Shown here one piece after another: positions 27,167-36,160 of a DNA stretch of 64,000 nucleotides (the first letter of the stretch is position 1; the number at the start of each line of letters is the position of its first letter). The notes under the pieces were generated by a model, which saw nothing but the letters and a program-made list of their open reading frames with translations, was not told where the DNA came from and ran no database searches. The stretch lies in the NCBI GenBank assembly GCA_012512925.1, contig JAAZDE010000101.1, positions 7,326 to 71,325 of the forward strand. Direction: 5' to 3'. The DNA comes from Desulfuromonadaceae bacterium. Lineage in GTDB: Bacteria > Desulfobacterota > Desulfuromonadia > Desulfuromonadales > JAAYDE01. The position numbers and the translations under genes are program-made.

Positions 27167-27820
27167 GAAGCCTGCCTGTGCGGTTGAAGGATTGTTATGG
27201 TCAGTCGGAGCTGTTCACAGCTGCCGCTCGGGATAGGCGGTTTAATGCGGAAATTTCCAGCATGGTAATTCCGGCATGTATTAATGAGGCAAAATTGCGG
27301 ATTCAAAACATAACCCAAGCCCGAAAATCACCGGGGGGACAAGGGGCCGGCTCCTGGCTCGGAAAATATTAGCAGAATAATAATTATAAAAATATTAACA
27401 TATTTTTATTGTCTTGGGTAGCTTTTGTCCGGCCACAAAACAGTTCATGGCTGTACATTGTTGAAAATAATGGCTCTTGGACATAATTGAGCTGTTTTTG
27501 AGTTGATTTGGCTTCGTCATTGGGGGAGATAACTTCTCTTTCGAAGGAGGGTATTCTGGATTCAGGGCATGCTGTTTTCAGGTGAATGCTGTGGTTTTTG
27601 CCGCGCCATGATTTCCATCCATTGGCGTTGAGTGTTACCCGGTAATATTTGGAGTATCAGCGGCTTTTTCTCCTGGCGGAAAGGTAAGGCCCTTTTGGAC
27701 AGGTTTGGCAGTTGCGAAGGAAGGCGATTTCAGGGATGGCACCCTAGAGGGATCGGCGGGGATTTGAAGCGAGACGGATAATTGATCCGCGTTGAATGAC
27801 AGCAGCTACATTAATCATAT

Positions 27821-27867
27821 AAAACAACAAGGGGCTACAGGAAAAAACCCATAACCCCTTGTTTTTA
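27821..27867. terminator. Long hairpin terminator downstream of tRNA-Arg (bidirectional)
   Basis: ACAAGGGG...CCCCTTGT outer stem, extendable through G-U pairs to ~15 bp around a T6 loop. It is flanked by T-rich tracts on both strands and begins 7 nt after the tRNA 3' end. Confidence 0.6.
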
Positions 27868-27868
27868 C

Positions 27869-27945
<77 letters not shown>

Positions 27946-27968
27946 AATAAATACCAAAAAACGCAGTA

Positions 27969-27997
27969 TTTATCATTCAATTCGGCTTCTTTGTCAA
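27969..27997 (-). promoter_or_regulatory. Sigma-70 promoter for tRNA-Arg
   Basis: The minus strand reads TTGACA-17 nt-GATAAA, about 24 nt upstream of the tRNA 5' end. Confidence 0.45.
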
Positions 27998-28005
27998 CAA
28001 TTTTC

Positions 28006-28041
28006 AAAAAACGCCCGCTCCATCCGGGTGTCCATGGAGCG
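28006..28041 (-). terminator. Rho-independent terminator after tRNA-Ser(GCU)
   Basis: The minus strand reads CGCTCCAT-ggacacccgg-ATGGAGCG followed by GGCGTTTTTT. Confidence 0.6.
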
Positions 28042-28052
28042 CAGCAAAAAAT

Positions 28053-28145
<93 letters not shown>

Positions 28146-28474
28146 GTTGCACATTGGTAAGAAAGATCTCAGGATGATTTCCAACCTGCCGCAACCGTCC
28201 CGTTTGTCCGCACCTTTAAAGGAGATTTTTTTACCCCCTTCATTACCCAAACTGGTATCGTTGCTGTGATAACCCGCTTGAAAGGGGTGCTTTTCCACCG
28301 TGTTGGAAGTCATCAATTTACCTGCTCCCTCCTTCCCTGTCAAGAATTGAAAGGAGGGAATTGCGGTTATAAATCCCAATGGGCAAGGTAAGTGTTAGAA
28401 TGCAACTGCCTGGATTCACTAAAAGCAAGAAAGGAACCGATTGGAACCGGGCTCTTGAAAAGAAAGAGGTTACC

Positions 28475-29977
28475 ATGAATATTTCTCTGCAAACTGAAAA
28501 ACCTTTGAAGATAGCAACCCCATGCCTGGTGATCGGGGTTTTTGAAAAGGAAATCGCTGTGGAACGGCTGGCGGCAGTATCCCGCCTTTTTGGCAAGGAT
28601 GTGTCGACGCTCATTGACGAAGGCGAGTTCAGCGGCAAGGCGAGGCAAACCCTGCTTCTCCATTCGGGAGGGGAAGCCCCCTGCCGGCGGATTTTGCTTG
28701 TCGGCCTCGGCCCGCGCCAGGAGGCCTCTCTGGAAAATCTCCGTCAGGGGATGGGAGTGGCGGCCGGCCTGCTCAAGGGGAAAAGGATCGATGCGTTGGC
28801 AGTGGATTTTTCCTCTTTTCTTTTCGACGTGGAAAGTCCCAAGGAGGTGGCCGCCGCTCTGGCGGAGGGGCTTTTCCTGGCCGATTACCACTTCTCCCGC
28901 TTCCTTACCGAAAAGCGGGAGGAACTTCCTGCCATGCTCCGGGATGTTGTTTTCTGCCTGGATGGGGAGGGCTGCCGCGGAGAGGTGGGCGAGGGTATCG
29001 ACGTTGCCCGCAAGATCTGCGCCGGTGTGGTCCTGGCCCGTGATCTGGTCAACGAACCGGGTAATGTCAAATCCCCCGCCTATCTGGCCAAACGGGCCAG
29101 GGAAATGGCGGAAAGCGCCGGACTGCAATGCACCATATTGGATAAAGAGGAGCTGATTCGAGAGAGAATGGGAGCGTTGCTTGGGGTTGCCCAGGGGAGC
29201 AGTCGGGAGCCTTGCCTGATCGTTCTGGAATACCTTGGCAATGGCGGCAAGGGAGACCCGATGGTGCTGGTCGGCAAGGGGGTTGTCTTTGATTCCGGAG
29301 GGATCTCCCTCAAGCCGGCGGAGAGTATGGACACCATGAAAATGGATATGGCCGGTGCCGCCGCCGTTCTGGGAACGCTGCTGGCTGCTTCAATGCTGGG
29401 TTTGCCGCAGCGCCTTGTCGGCATCATTCCGGCGGTGGAAAACCTCCCCTCCGGCACCGCCATTCGCCCCGGCGATATTCTCACCTCGCTGTCGGGAAAG
29501 ACCATCGAGGTGCTGAACACCGATGCCGAGGGACGGCTCATCCTGGCCGATGCCCTGGCCTATGCGGAACGCTTCCAGCCCTCCTGTGTCATAGACCTGG
29601 CCACCCTGACCGGGGCCTGCATCGTCGCCCTCGGCCATGAGGCCGCCGCCGTTCTCGGCAGCGACCAGGAACTGATCGACAAGCTGATAACCAGTGGCGA
29701 GCGGAGCGGCGATCGTCTCTGGCAGTTGCCCCTCTGGGACGACTATTGTGAACTGATCAAAAGTGATGTGGCCGATGTCAAGAACAGCGCCGGCAGACCC
29801 GCGGGCACCATTACCGGCGCTGCTTTTCTCAAAAAATTCGTTCATGAAATCCCTTGGGCCCATATCGATATTGCCGGCACCGCCTGGGAGGAGAAGGGAC
29901 GCCCCTGCCAGCCAAAGGGGGGAACCGGCTTTGGCGTTCGGTTGCTGATACGCTTTCTGCGATCCTGCAATGATTAA
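28475..29977 (+). CDS. pepA: Leucyl aminopeptidase (M17)
   Basis: VGKGVVFDSGGISLKP and NTDAEGRLILADAL are M17 motifs. ATG 28475 follows AAAGAGG. The track start 28379 is an extension. Confidence 0.9.
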   Translation: MNISLQTEKPLKIATPCLVIGVFEKEIAVERLAAVSRLFGKDVSTLIDEGEFSGKARQTLLLHSGGEAPCRRILLVGLGPRQEASLENLRQGMGVAAGLLKGKRIDALAVDFSSFLFDVESPKEVAAALAEGLFLADYHFSRFLTEKREELPAMLRDVVFCLDGEGCRGEVGEGIDVARKICAGVVLARDLVNEPGNVKSPAYLAKRAREMAESAGLQCTILDKEELIRERMGALLGVAQGSSREPCLIVLEYLGNGGKGDPMVLVGKGVVFDSGGISLKPAESMDTMKMDMAGAAAVLGTLLAASMLGLPQRLVGIIPAVENLPSGTAIRPGDILTSLSGKTIEVLNTDAEGRLILADALAYAERFQPSCVIDLATLTGACIVALGHEAAAVLGSDQELIDKLITSGERSGDRLWQLPLWDDYCELIKSDVADVKNSAGRPAGTITGAAFLKKFVHEIPWAHIDIAGTAWEEKGRPCQPKGGTGFGVRLLIRFLRSCND

Positions 29978-30170
29978 AGATCAGAGCGGATTCCTGGAAA
30001 AACTTTCTTGCCTTAACTTTTTTTTTTGTGCATTGTGAAGGGCTGGACCGGAGTTTCCTGATCTGCCGTGTTGCATCTTTCCTCTGCCCGTAAAGAGAAT
30101 TAGGAACAGGGGTTGGGTGTCGGCAAACTGTCCGCCACCGCTCCGGCAAGAATATAGTTGGGAGAATAGC

Positions 30171-31463
30171 ATGTCCACAGTCATAATCGTCGGCTCCCAA
30201 TGGGGAGATGAAGGCAAAGGCAAAATCGTCGATATCTATACCGAATATGCGGACGATGTGGTCCGCTTTCAGGGGGGAAACAACGCCGGTCACACCTTGG
30301 TTGTGGGGAATGAGACCACGGTGATGCACATCATCCCCTCCGGTATTCTCCATCCGGGAAAGCGCTGCCTGATCGGCAACGGCGTGGTTCTCGATCCCCA
30401 GGTTTTTTTCCAGGAGGTCGAATCCATCAAAGCAAAGGGCTATTTTCAGGACGAAGCGCAACTGGTGATTGATCCCGCTGTCCACATCATCATGCCCTAT
30501 CACCGCGCCATCGACATTGCCAGGGAAAAGAAGGCCGGCTGCCGTAAAATCGGCACCACCGGGCGCGGCATTGGTCCTGTCTACGAGGACAAGGTCGGGC
30601 GGCGCGGCATCCGTCTCGGCGACCTGGTTCATCCGCAAATCTTCGCCGCCAAACTGCGGGAGATGCTGCCGGAAAAGAATTTTCTGTTGGAAAAATTCCT
30701 TGGCGAGCCCCCTGTCGAAGAGGCTTCCATCTATGACGAATATATGGCCTATGGGGAAAGGCTGGGAAAATATCTCGGCAACACCTCGAAAATTCTCAAT
30801 GACAGCATCGACGCCAATAAAAATGTCCTTTTCGAAGGGGCGCAGGGTACCCTTCTCGATATTGACCACGGCACCTATCCCTTCGTAACCTCCTCCTCTA
30901 CCGTGGCTGGAGGTGCCTGCACCGGAACCGGGGTCGGCCCCTGCCGCATCGACGCGGTGGTCGGCATCTCGAAAGCCTATGTTACGCGAGTCGGCGAAGG
31001 ACCTTTCCCCACCGAACTCAAGGATGAAACCGGTGAGCTGCTGCGCCGCGAAGGGCATGAATACGGCGCCACCACCGGTCGCCCGCGGCGTACCGGCTGG
31101 CTCGACATGGTGGCACTTAAGAAGGGGGTCGAGATCAATGGGCTCACCGGCCTGGCTCTGACCAAGCTTGATGTACTCAACCAACTGGCCGCCATCCGCA
31201 TCTGCACGGCGTATCGCTGTGACGGGCAGTTGCTGACCGAGTTTCCTCAGGATGTCGACGTTCTCAATGGCTGCGAGCCTGTTTTTGATGAGGTTCCGGG
31301 ATGGCGCTGTGACATTTCCAAAGTCACCAGGGTGGCGGATCTCCCCAGCGAGGCTCGCGATTTCATCAAGGCGGTGGAGGAAATGAGTGGCTGCCCGGTG
31401 GTGCTGGTTTCGGTCGGGCCGCGCCGGGACCAGACCATCCAGATCGACAATCCCTTCCGGTAA
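30171..31463 (+). CDS. purA: Adenylosuccinate synthetase
   Basis: VIIVGSQWGDEGKGKIVD and GTTGRGIGPVYEDK motifs. ATG 30171 follows GGGAGAA. Confidence 0.95.
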   Translation: MSTVIIVGSQWGDEGKGKIVDIYTEYADDVVRFQGGNNAGHTLVVGNETTVMHIIPSGILHPGKRCLIGNGVVLDPQVFFQEVESIKAKGYFQDEAQLVIDPAVHIIMPYHRAIDIAREKKAGCRKIGTTGRGIGPVYEDKVGRRGIRLGDLVHPQIFAAKLREMLPEKNFLLEKFLGEPPVEEASIYDEYMAYGERLGKYLGNTSKILNDSIDANKNVLFEGAQGTLLDIDHGTYPFVTSSSTVAGGACTGTGVGPCRIDAVVGISKAYVTRVGEGPFPTELKDETGELLRREGHEYGATTGRPRRTGWLDMVALKKGVEINGLTGLALTKLDVLNQLAAIRICTAYRCDGQLLTEFPQDVDVLNGCEPVFDEVPGWRCDISKVTRVADLPSEARDFIKAVEEMSGCPVVLVSVGPRRDQTIQIDNPFR

Positions 31464-31542
31464 ACCGGGTGAAGATCTCGTCAATTTTCCCGGAAGCGGT
31501 TGGTGGAGGCATAAAAATAGCGCTTTGCCATGGATAAAAATG

Positions 31543-31571
31543 TTGACTTGGAACCTTAATTCCAGTATAAA
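31543..31571 (+). promoter_or_regulatory. Sigma-70 promoter for the tRNA-Lys/tRNA-Glu pair
   Basis: TTGACT-17 nt-TATAAA. The -10 element ends 17 nt before the tRNA-Lys 5' end. Confidence 0.6.
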
Positions 31572-31588
31572 TCTGGCTCTGTGCGTAG

Positions 31589-31664
31589 GAGCCGCTAGCT
31601 CAGTTGGTAGAGCATCTGACTTTTAATCAGATGGTCGTTGGTTCGACTCCAACGCGGCTCACCA
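31589..31664 (+). tRNA. tRNA-Lys (anticodon UUU)
   Basis: GAGCCGC/GCGGCTC acceptor, anticodon loop CTTTTAA, GGTTCGACTCC T-arm, encoded CCA. Confidence 0.9.
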
Positions 31665-31669
31665 TTCAG

Positions 31670-31747
<78 letters not shown>

Positions 31748-31753
31748 ACCTTT

Positions 31754-31795
31754 GAAGCCTCGCTGTCATCCGGCAGCGGGGCTTTCTGGTTTTTA
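31754..31795 (+). terminator. Rho-independent terminator after the tRNA pair
   Basis: About 12-bp stem GAAGCCTCGCTG...CAGCGGGGCTTT (with G-U pairs) followed by CTGGTTTTT. Confidence 0.6.
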
Positions 31796-31847
31796 ACCTG
31801 GAGGGCGGCAGAACGCCGCTTTGGGATTTCCCTACGGTTGACCAGCC

Positions 31848-32312
31848 ATGAACGAAATCAGCCACGGAAGAGTAGTAGAGATTTTCAGCGACGGCGCCTG
31901 TTCCGGAAATCCCGGGCCGGGAGGTTACGGAACCATCCTGCGCTGGGGGGATCGGCAGCGGGAACTCTCCGGGTATGAGTCGCAGACCACCAATAACCGA
32001 ATGGAACTGATGGGCGCTATCGCCGGGCTGGAAGTACTGAAGAGGGCCTGCCGGGTACGCCTGACCACCGATTCCCAATATCTCTTTCGTGGCATGACCG
32101 AATGGATCGAGGGCTGGCGGGGCAAGGGCTGGAAAAACTCTCGCAAGGAAGAGGTTCTCAACCGGGATCTGTGGGAGCGGCTCTACCAATTGTGCCGAAA
32201 GCACCAGGTGGAATGGGTCTGGGTCAGAGGCCATGCCGGACATGTTGAAAACGAGCGTTGCGATCAACTGGCGAGAGAGGCCATTCAAACTGGTAAAGGC
32301 AAATCTATCTGA
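31848..32312 (+). CDS. rnhA: Ribonuclease HI
   Basis: [31 protein letters not shown] and [17 protein letters not shown] are the catalytic DEDD/H motifs. Confidence 0.9.
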   Translation: MNEISHGRVVEIFSDGACSGNPGPGGYGTILRWGDRQRELSGYESQTTNNRMELMGAIAGLEVLKRACRVRLTTDSQYLFRGMTEWIEGWRGKGWKNSRKEEVLNRDLWERLYQLCRKHQVEWVWVRGHAGHVENERCDQLAREAIQTGKGKSI

Positions 32313-32356
32313 ACCTGTTGCCGGGGGGCCTTTTTCCCGGTAAAATTTCTCCAGTT

Positions 32357-32384
32357 CCAGAGTGGCGGGGAGTTTGGTTTTTTT
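32357..32384 (+). terminator. Candidate terminator after rnhA
   Basis: Short stem CCAGA...TTTGG followed by T7. Confidence 0.4.
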
Positions 32385-32522
32385 GTATCGCATTGATTTG
32401 ATATGAGTCAGCATGTAATATGACAGTGTTCAAAACAACTTTGTTTGGGGGATTGTTGACGGCAACGGAAACAAAGCCTTTTTTCCCTATTACCAAAGAT
32501 CACTTTTCCTGAGGATAGAGAA

Positions 32523-33065
32523 ATGGCGGACAGAAGATCAGGATGGGACATGCCGGATAACGATGGGGGAGATAAGGGAAGGTTCACCAACCAGGGGGAC
32601 GGGAATATCCCTGCTGACAAGATCATCTTTAAGCCGATCGGCTTTGTCAACAGCCCCTTTCAGGACTCCCGTTACATCCCCTCCCAGCCCCTGATAGCCA
32701 ACGACACCGAAGGGAGCATCGACATCCTGCCGGAGTACGCGGCGGGTCTCGAAGGACTGGAGGGATTCTCCCATATCTATGTCATTTACCACAACCACCG
32801 CCCCGGACGCCCTTCTCTCAAGGTGAAGCCCTTCATGGCCACCAAACAGTTCGGCATCTTCGCCACCCGCGCCCCGTGCCGACCCAACCCCATCGGCCTC
32901 AGTATCGTCGAACTGCTGAGAATCGAAGGGACTACTCTTCATGTCCGTGGTGTCGACATTCTGGATGGTTCGGCGGTCATCGACATCAAGGCCTACAGTG
33001 AAACCTTCGACAAGGTGATCGAACCCCGTTGCGGCTGGCAGGATGAGGTCGCCGGGAAGGAATAG
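32523..33065 (+). CDS. trmO: TsaA/TrmO-like SAM-dependent tRNA methyltransferase (YaeB family)
   Basis: FKPIGFVNSPF, LEGLEGFSHIYVIYHNH, RPNPIGLSIVELL and VRGVDILDGSAVIDIK motifs. The exact start is uncertain (32523 or 32550). Confidence 0.8.
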   Translation: MADRRSGWDMPDNDGGDKGRFTNQGDGNIPADKIIFKPIGFVNSPFQDSRYIPSQPLIANDTEGSIDILPEYAAGLEGLEGFSHIYVIYHNHRPGRPSLKVKPFMATKQFGIFATRAPCRPNPIGLSIVELLRIEGTTLHVRGVDILDGSAVIDIKAYSETFDKVIEPRCGWQDEVAGKE

Positions 33066-33135
33066 AAAAAATTGCTTTTCCGGTTCACCGGGACTTGTCC
33101 AAATCGTTAATATCTTTTGAAAGGAGAGTTGTTTT

Positions 33136-33246
33136 ATGGGAAAAGGTGATCAGCGCAGCCGCCGCGGCAAAATCTGGCGTGGCACTTCCGGCAAAACCCG
33201 TCCCAAGCAGGGGAAAAAGAACGAGGCCGCCGCGAAGAAAAAGTAA
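33136..33246 (+). CDS. 30S ribosomal protein bTHX (36 aa; not in the supplied ORF track)
   Basis: Translation [36 protein letters not shown] closely resembles Thermus THX ([19 protein letters not shown]) as I recall it. AAGGAGAG lies 7 nt upstream of the ATG, and the gene has its own terminator downstream. Confidence 0.8.
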   Translation: MGKGDQRSRRGKIWRGTSGKTRPKQGKKNEAAAKKK

Positions 33247-33274
33247 CGCCCTTTCGCAGCCGATAAAACAACAA

Positions 33275-33308
33275 GGGAAGCCTGTATCCGGAACAGCTTC
33301 CCTTTTTT
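33275..33308 (+). terminator. Rho-independent terminator after the bTHX gene
   Basis: GGGAAGC-ctgtatccggaaca-GCTTCCC followed by T6. Confidence 0.7.
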
Positions 33309-33423
33309 CATCCGTTGGAAAACCCGAGTCCACCCTCCCGGTCAAGAAAAACGGTTTTCCACCGCGAGGCGATCTGTTCCATGCGCCCTTGTCCGCTGTT
33401 TGAATCGTCGGGAAAGGAAAACG

Positions 33424-36090
33424 ATGTCTCCCCCCCTCAGAACCTATCTGATCGACGGCTCCTCTTATATCTACCGAGCCTTTTACGCCCTTCCCCATCT
33501 TTCCACCCGCGAGGGTATTCCCACCAACGCCGTCTACGGCTTCGTCACCATGCTGCTCAAGATCATCCGCGAGGAAAAACCGGATCGCCTGGCGGTGGTG
33601 TTCGATGCCAGGGGACCGACCTTTCGCAAGCAGATCTATCCCGAATACAAGGCCAACCGCAAAGAGATGCCGGCGGAACTGGTGCCGCAGATTCCGCTCA
33701 TCAAGGAGGCGGTGCGGGTTTTCAATCTGGCCGCCCTTGAGAAGGAGGGGTTCGAGGCGGACGATGTCATTGCCACTGTGGCCGGGCGCCTGGCGGCGGC
33801 GGGCGAGGAGATCACCGTGGTCAGCGGCGACAAGGACCTGATGCAGATCATCGGCGACAAGGTGCGGATGCTCGACACCATGAAAAACAAGGTGTTCGGC
33901 CTTCAGGAAGTGGCCGAGCGTTTCGGCGGCAGTCCGGAGACGGTGGTGGAGGTGTTGGCTCTGGCGGGGGACAGTTCCGACAATGTTCCCGGCGTGCCGG
34001 GAATCGGGGAGAAGACGGCACGTGAGCTGATCGCCGAATTCGGCGATGTGGAAAAGCTGCTGGCTTCTCTCGACCGGGTCAAGGGGGCCAAGCGCCGCGA
34101 AAATCTGGAGCGCTTCGCCGACCAGGCGCGGTTGTCGCGGCGCCTGGTGACGTTGGAACGGGAAGTTCCCCTGGACCTGTCCCCTGATGAACTGGAACTG
34201 AAGCCGATCGATTTGGAGATGTTGGCCGGTTTTTTCCGCAAGCTGGAATTCCACACTCTGCTGGCGGAATTCAGCGCTCTGACACCGCCGCGGGATGCCG
34301 ATTACCGCGCCGTTGTTGCGGAAGCCGAACTCGAACGCCTGTTGGAAACTCTCCGCAAGGCTTCGGCTATCTGCCTCGATACGGAAACCACCAGCCTCGA
34401 CGCGGTTCGCGCCGATCTGGTCGGTATTTCTTTGTCGGTAAAGGAAAATGAAGCCTTCTACATCCCCGTCGGTCATGTCTGCGAAGGGGGGGCGGAGCAG
34501 TTGGACAGGGAACTGGTGGTCGGTAAACTCAGGCCGCTACTGGAGGATGAGACGATTTCCAAGGTCGGACAGAACCTCAAGTATGATGCCTTGGTGCTGC
34601 GACGGGCCGGCCTCCGCCTGCGCGGCATCGCTTTCGATACCATGCTGGCTTCCTATCTGACCGACGCCGGGACCCGCTCCCATTCCCTGGACCGTATGGC
34701 CCTCGATCTGCTCGGCCACAAAATGATCAGCTACGAGGCGGTAACCGGCGGCAAGAAAAAGAGTTTCGCCACGGTGCCGATCGATCGGGCGGCGGAATAT
34801 TCCTGTGAGGATGCCGATATCACTCTGCGTCTGATGGGAAGGTTGCGCCCCAGGCTGGCCGAATCGGGGCTGGAGAAGCTTTTCAATGAGGTGGAGATGC
34901 CGTTGCTGGCGGTGTTGGCCGAAATGGAGTGGAACGGCATCGGCATCGACAGCAAATTATTGGCAGAGCTGAGCCGCGATCTGGAGGGTCGTCTCTCCCA
35001 GTTGACGGAGGAGATTTACCGTCTCGCCGGAGCGGAGTTCAATATTGCCTCCCCTAAACAGTTGGGAGAGGTGCTTTTTGAAAAGCTGAAACTTCCCCGC
35101 GGCAGAAAGACCAAGACCGGCTGGTCTACCGATGTGGAGGTGTTGACCCATTTGGCCGAGGAGCACGAAATCTGCGCCCGGATTCTCGACTACCGCTCGG
35201 TGGCCAAGTTGAAATCGACCTATGCCGACGCCTTGCCCCAGATCGTCAACCCCGAAACGGGACGAATCCACACCTCCTTCAACCAGAGTGTTACGGTGAC
35301 AGGGCGCCTATCCTCCAGCGAACCCAACCTGCAGAACATCCCGGTGCGCACTGCTGAGGGAAAGCGCATTCGCGAAGCCTTCATCCCTGGAGCGGGATGC
35401 CTGTTGCTATCCGCCGATTATTCCCAGGTGGAACTGCGGATTCTGGCCCATATGGCGCAAGAGGAGGTACTGAGAGAGAGTTTCCGTCGCGGCGAGGACA
35501 TCCACCGTCGGACCGCCGGCGAGGTGTTTGGGCTGGCCCCCGAGGCGGTGACCCACGAACAGCGCCGCCAGGCCAAGGCGATCAATTTTGGCATCATCTA
35601 CGGCATGAGCGCCTTCGGCCTGAGCCGCCAGCTCGGCATCGGCCGCCAGGAGGCGCAGGAGTACATTGACCGTTATTTCGAAAGATATCCCCGTATCCGT
35701 GAATTCATGGAGGCATGCATCAATGAGGCACGGCAGAAACGCTATGTCACCACTTTGCTGGGGAGGCGTTGTCCGGTGCCCGATATCGACAGCAAAAACG
35801 GCGCGGTGCGCGGCAATGCGGAGCGCAACGCCATCAATTATCCGATACAGGGGAGCGCGGCGGACATCATCAAGCTCGCCATGATCCGCATCCACCGACG
35901 TCTGGAGGAAGGGGATTTCCGTTCCCGGATGGTGCTTCAGGTTCACGACGAGCTGCTGTTCGAAGTGCCGGAGGGGGAACTGATCAGGATCGAGGAATTG
36001 GTGCGCAGGGAAATGGAGGGGGCGGTAAGTCTCGATGTGCCGCTGGCGGTGGAATTGGGTAGCGGCAGTAACTGGAGCGCGGCACACTGA
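33424..36090 (+). CDS. polA: DNA polymerase I
   Basis: 5'-nuclease N-terminus (YLIDGSSYIYRAFYALP), 3'-5' exonuclease (CLDTETTSLD), and polymerase motifs (LLSADYSQVELRILAH, QVHDELLFEV). ATG 33424 follows AAAGGAAA. Confidence 0.95.
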   Translation: MSPPLRTYLIDGSSYIYRAFYALPHLSTREGIPTNAVYGFVTMLLKIIREEKPDRLAVVFDARGPTFRKQIYPEYKANRKEMPAELVPQIPLIKEAVRVFNLAALEKEGFEADDVIATVAGRLAAAGEEITVVSGDKDLMQIIGDKVRMLDTMKNKVFGLQEVAERFGGSPETVVEVLALAGDSSDNVPGVPGIGEKTARELIAEFGDVEKLLASLDRVKGAKRRENLERFADQARLSRRLVTLEREVPLDLSPDELELKPIDLEMLAGFFRKLEFHTLLAEFSALTPPRDADYRAVVAEAELERLLETLRKASAICLDTETTSLDAVRADLVGISLSVKENEAFYIPVGHVCEGGAEQLDRELVVGKLRPLLEDETISKVGQNLKYDALVLRRAGLRLRGIAFDTMLASYLTDAGTRSHSLDRMALDLLGHKMISYEAVTGGKKKSFATVPIDRAAEYSCEDADITLRLMGRLRPRLAESGLEKLFNEVEMPLLAVLAEMEWNGIGIDSKLLAELSRDLEGRLSQLTEEIYRLAGAEFNIASPKQLGEVLFEKLKLPRGRKTKTGWSTDVEVLTHLAEEHEICARILDYRSVAKLKSTYADALPQIVNPETGRIHTSFNQSVTVTGRLSSSEPNLQNIPVRTAEGKRIREAFIPGAGCLLLSADYSQVELRILAHMAQEEVLRESFRRGEDIHRRTAGEVFGLAPEAVTHEQRRQAKAINFGIIYGMSAFGLSRQLGIGRQEAQEYIDRYFERYPRIREFMEACINEARQKRYVTTLLGRRCPVPDIDSKNGAVRGNAERNAINYPIQGSAADIIKLAMIRIHRRLEEGDFRSRMVLQVHDELLFEVPEGELIRIEELVRREMEGAVSLDVPLAVELGSGSNWSAAH

Positions 36091-36105
36091 CCGGGGTTGA
36101 GAAAA

Positions 36106-36131
36106 AGCGGGCGACCAACAGGCCGCCCGCT
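36106..36131. terminator. Bidirectional hairpin between convergent polA and glgP
   Basis: AGCGGGCG-accaacaggc-CGCCCGCT, flanked by an A-run upstream and a T-rich tract downstream. Confidence 0.45.
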
Positions 36132-36160
36132 GTATTGATTTCCGGTTTGCTCTTTTCCCC

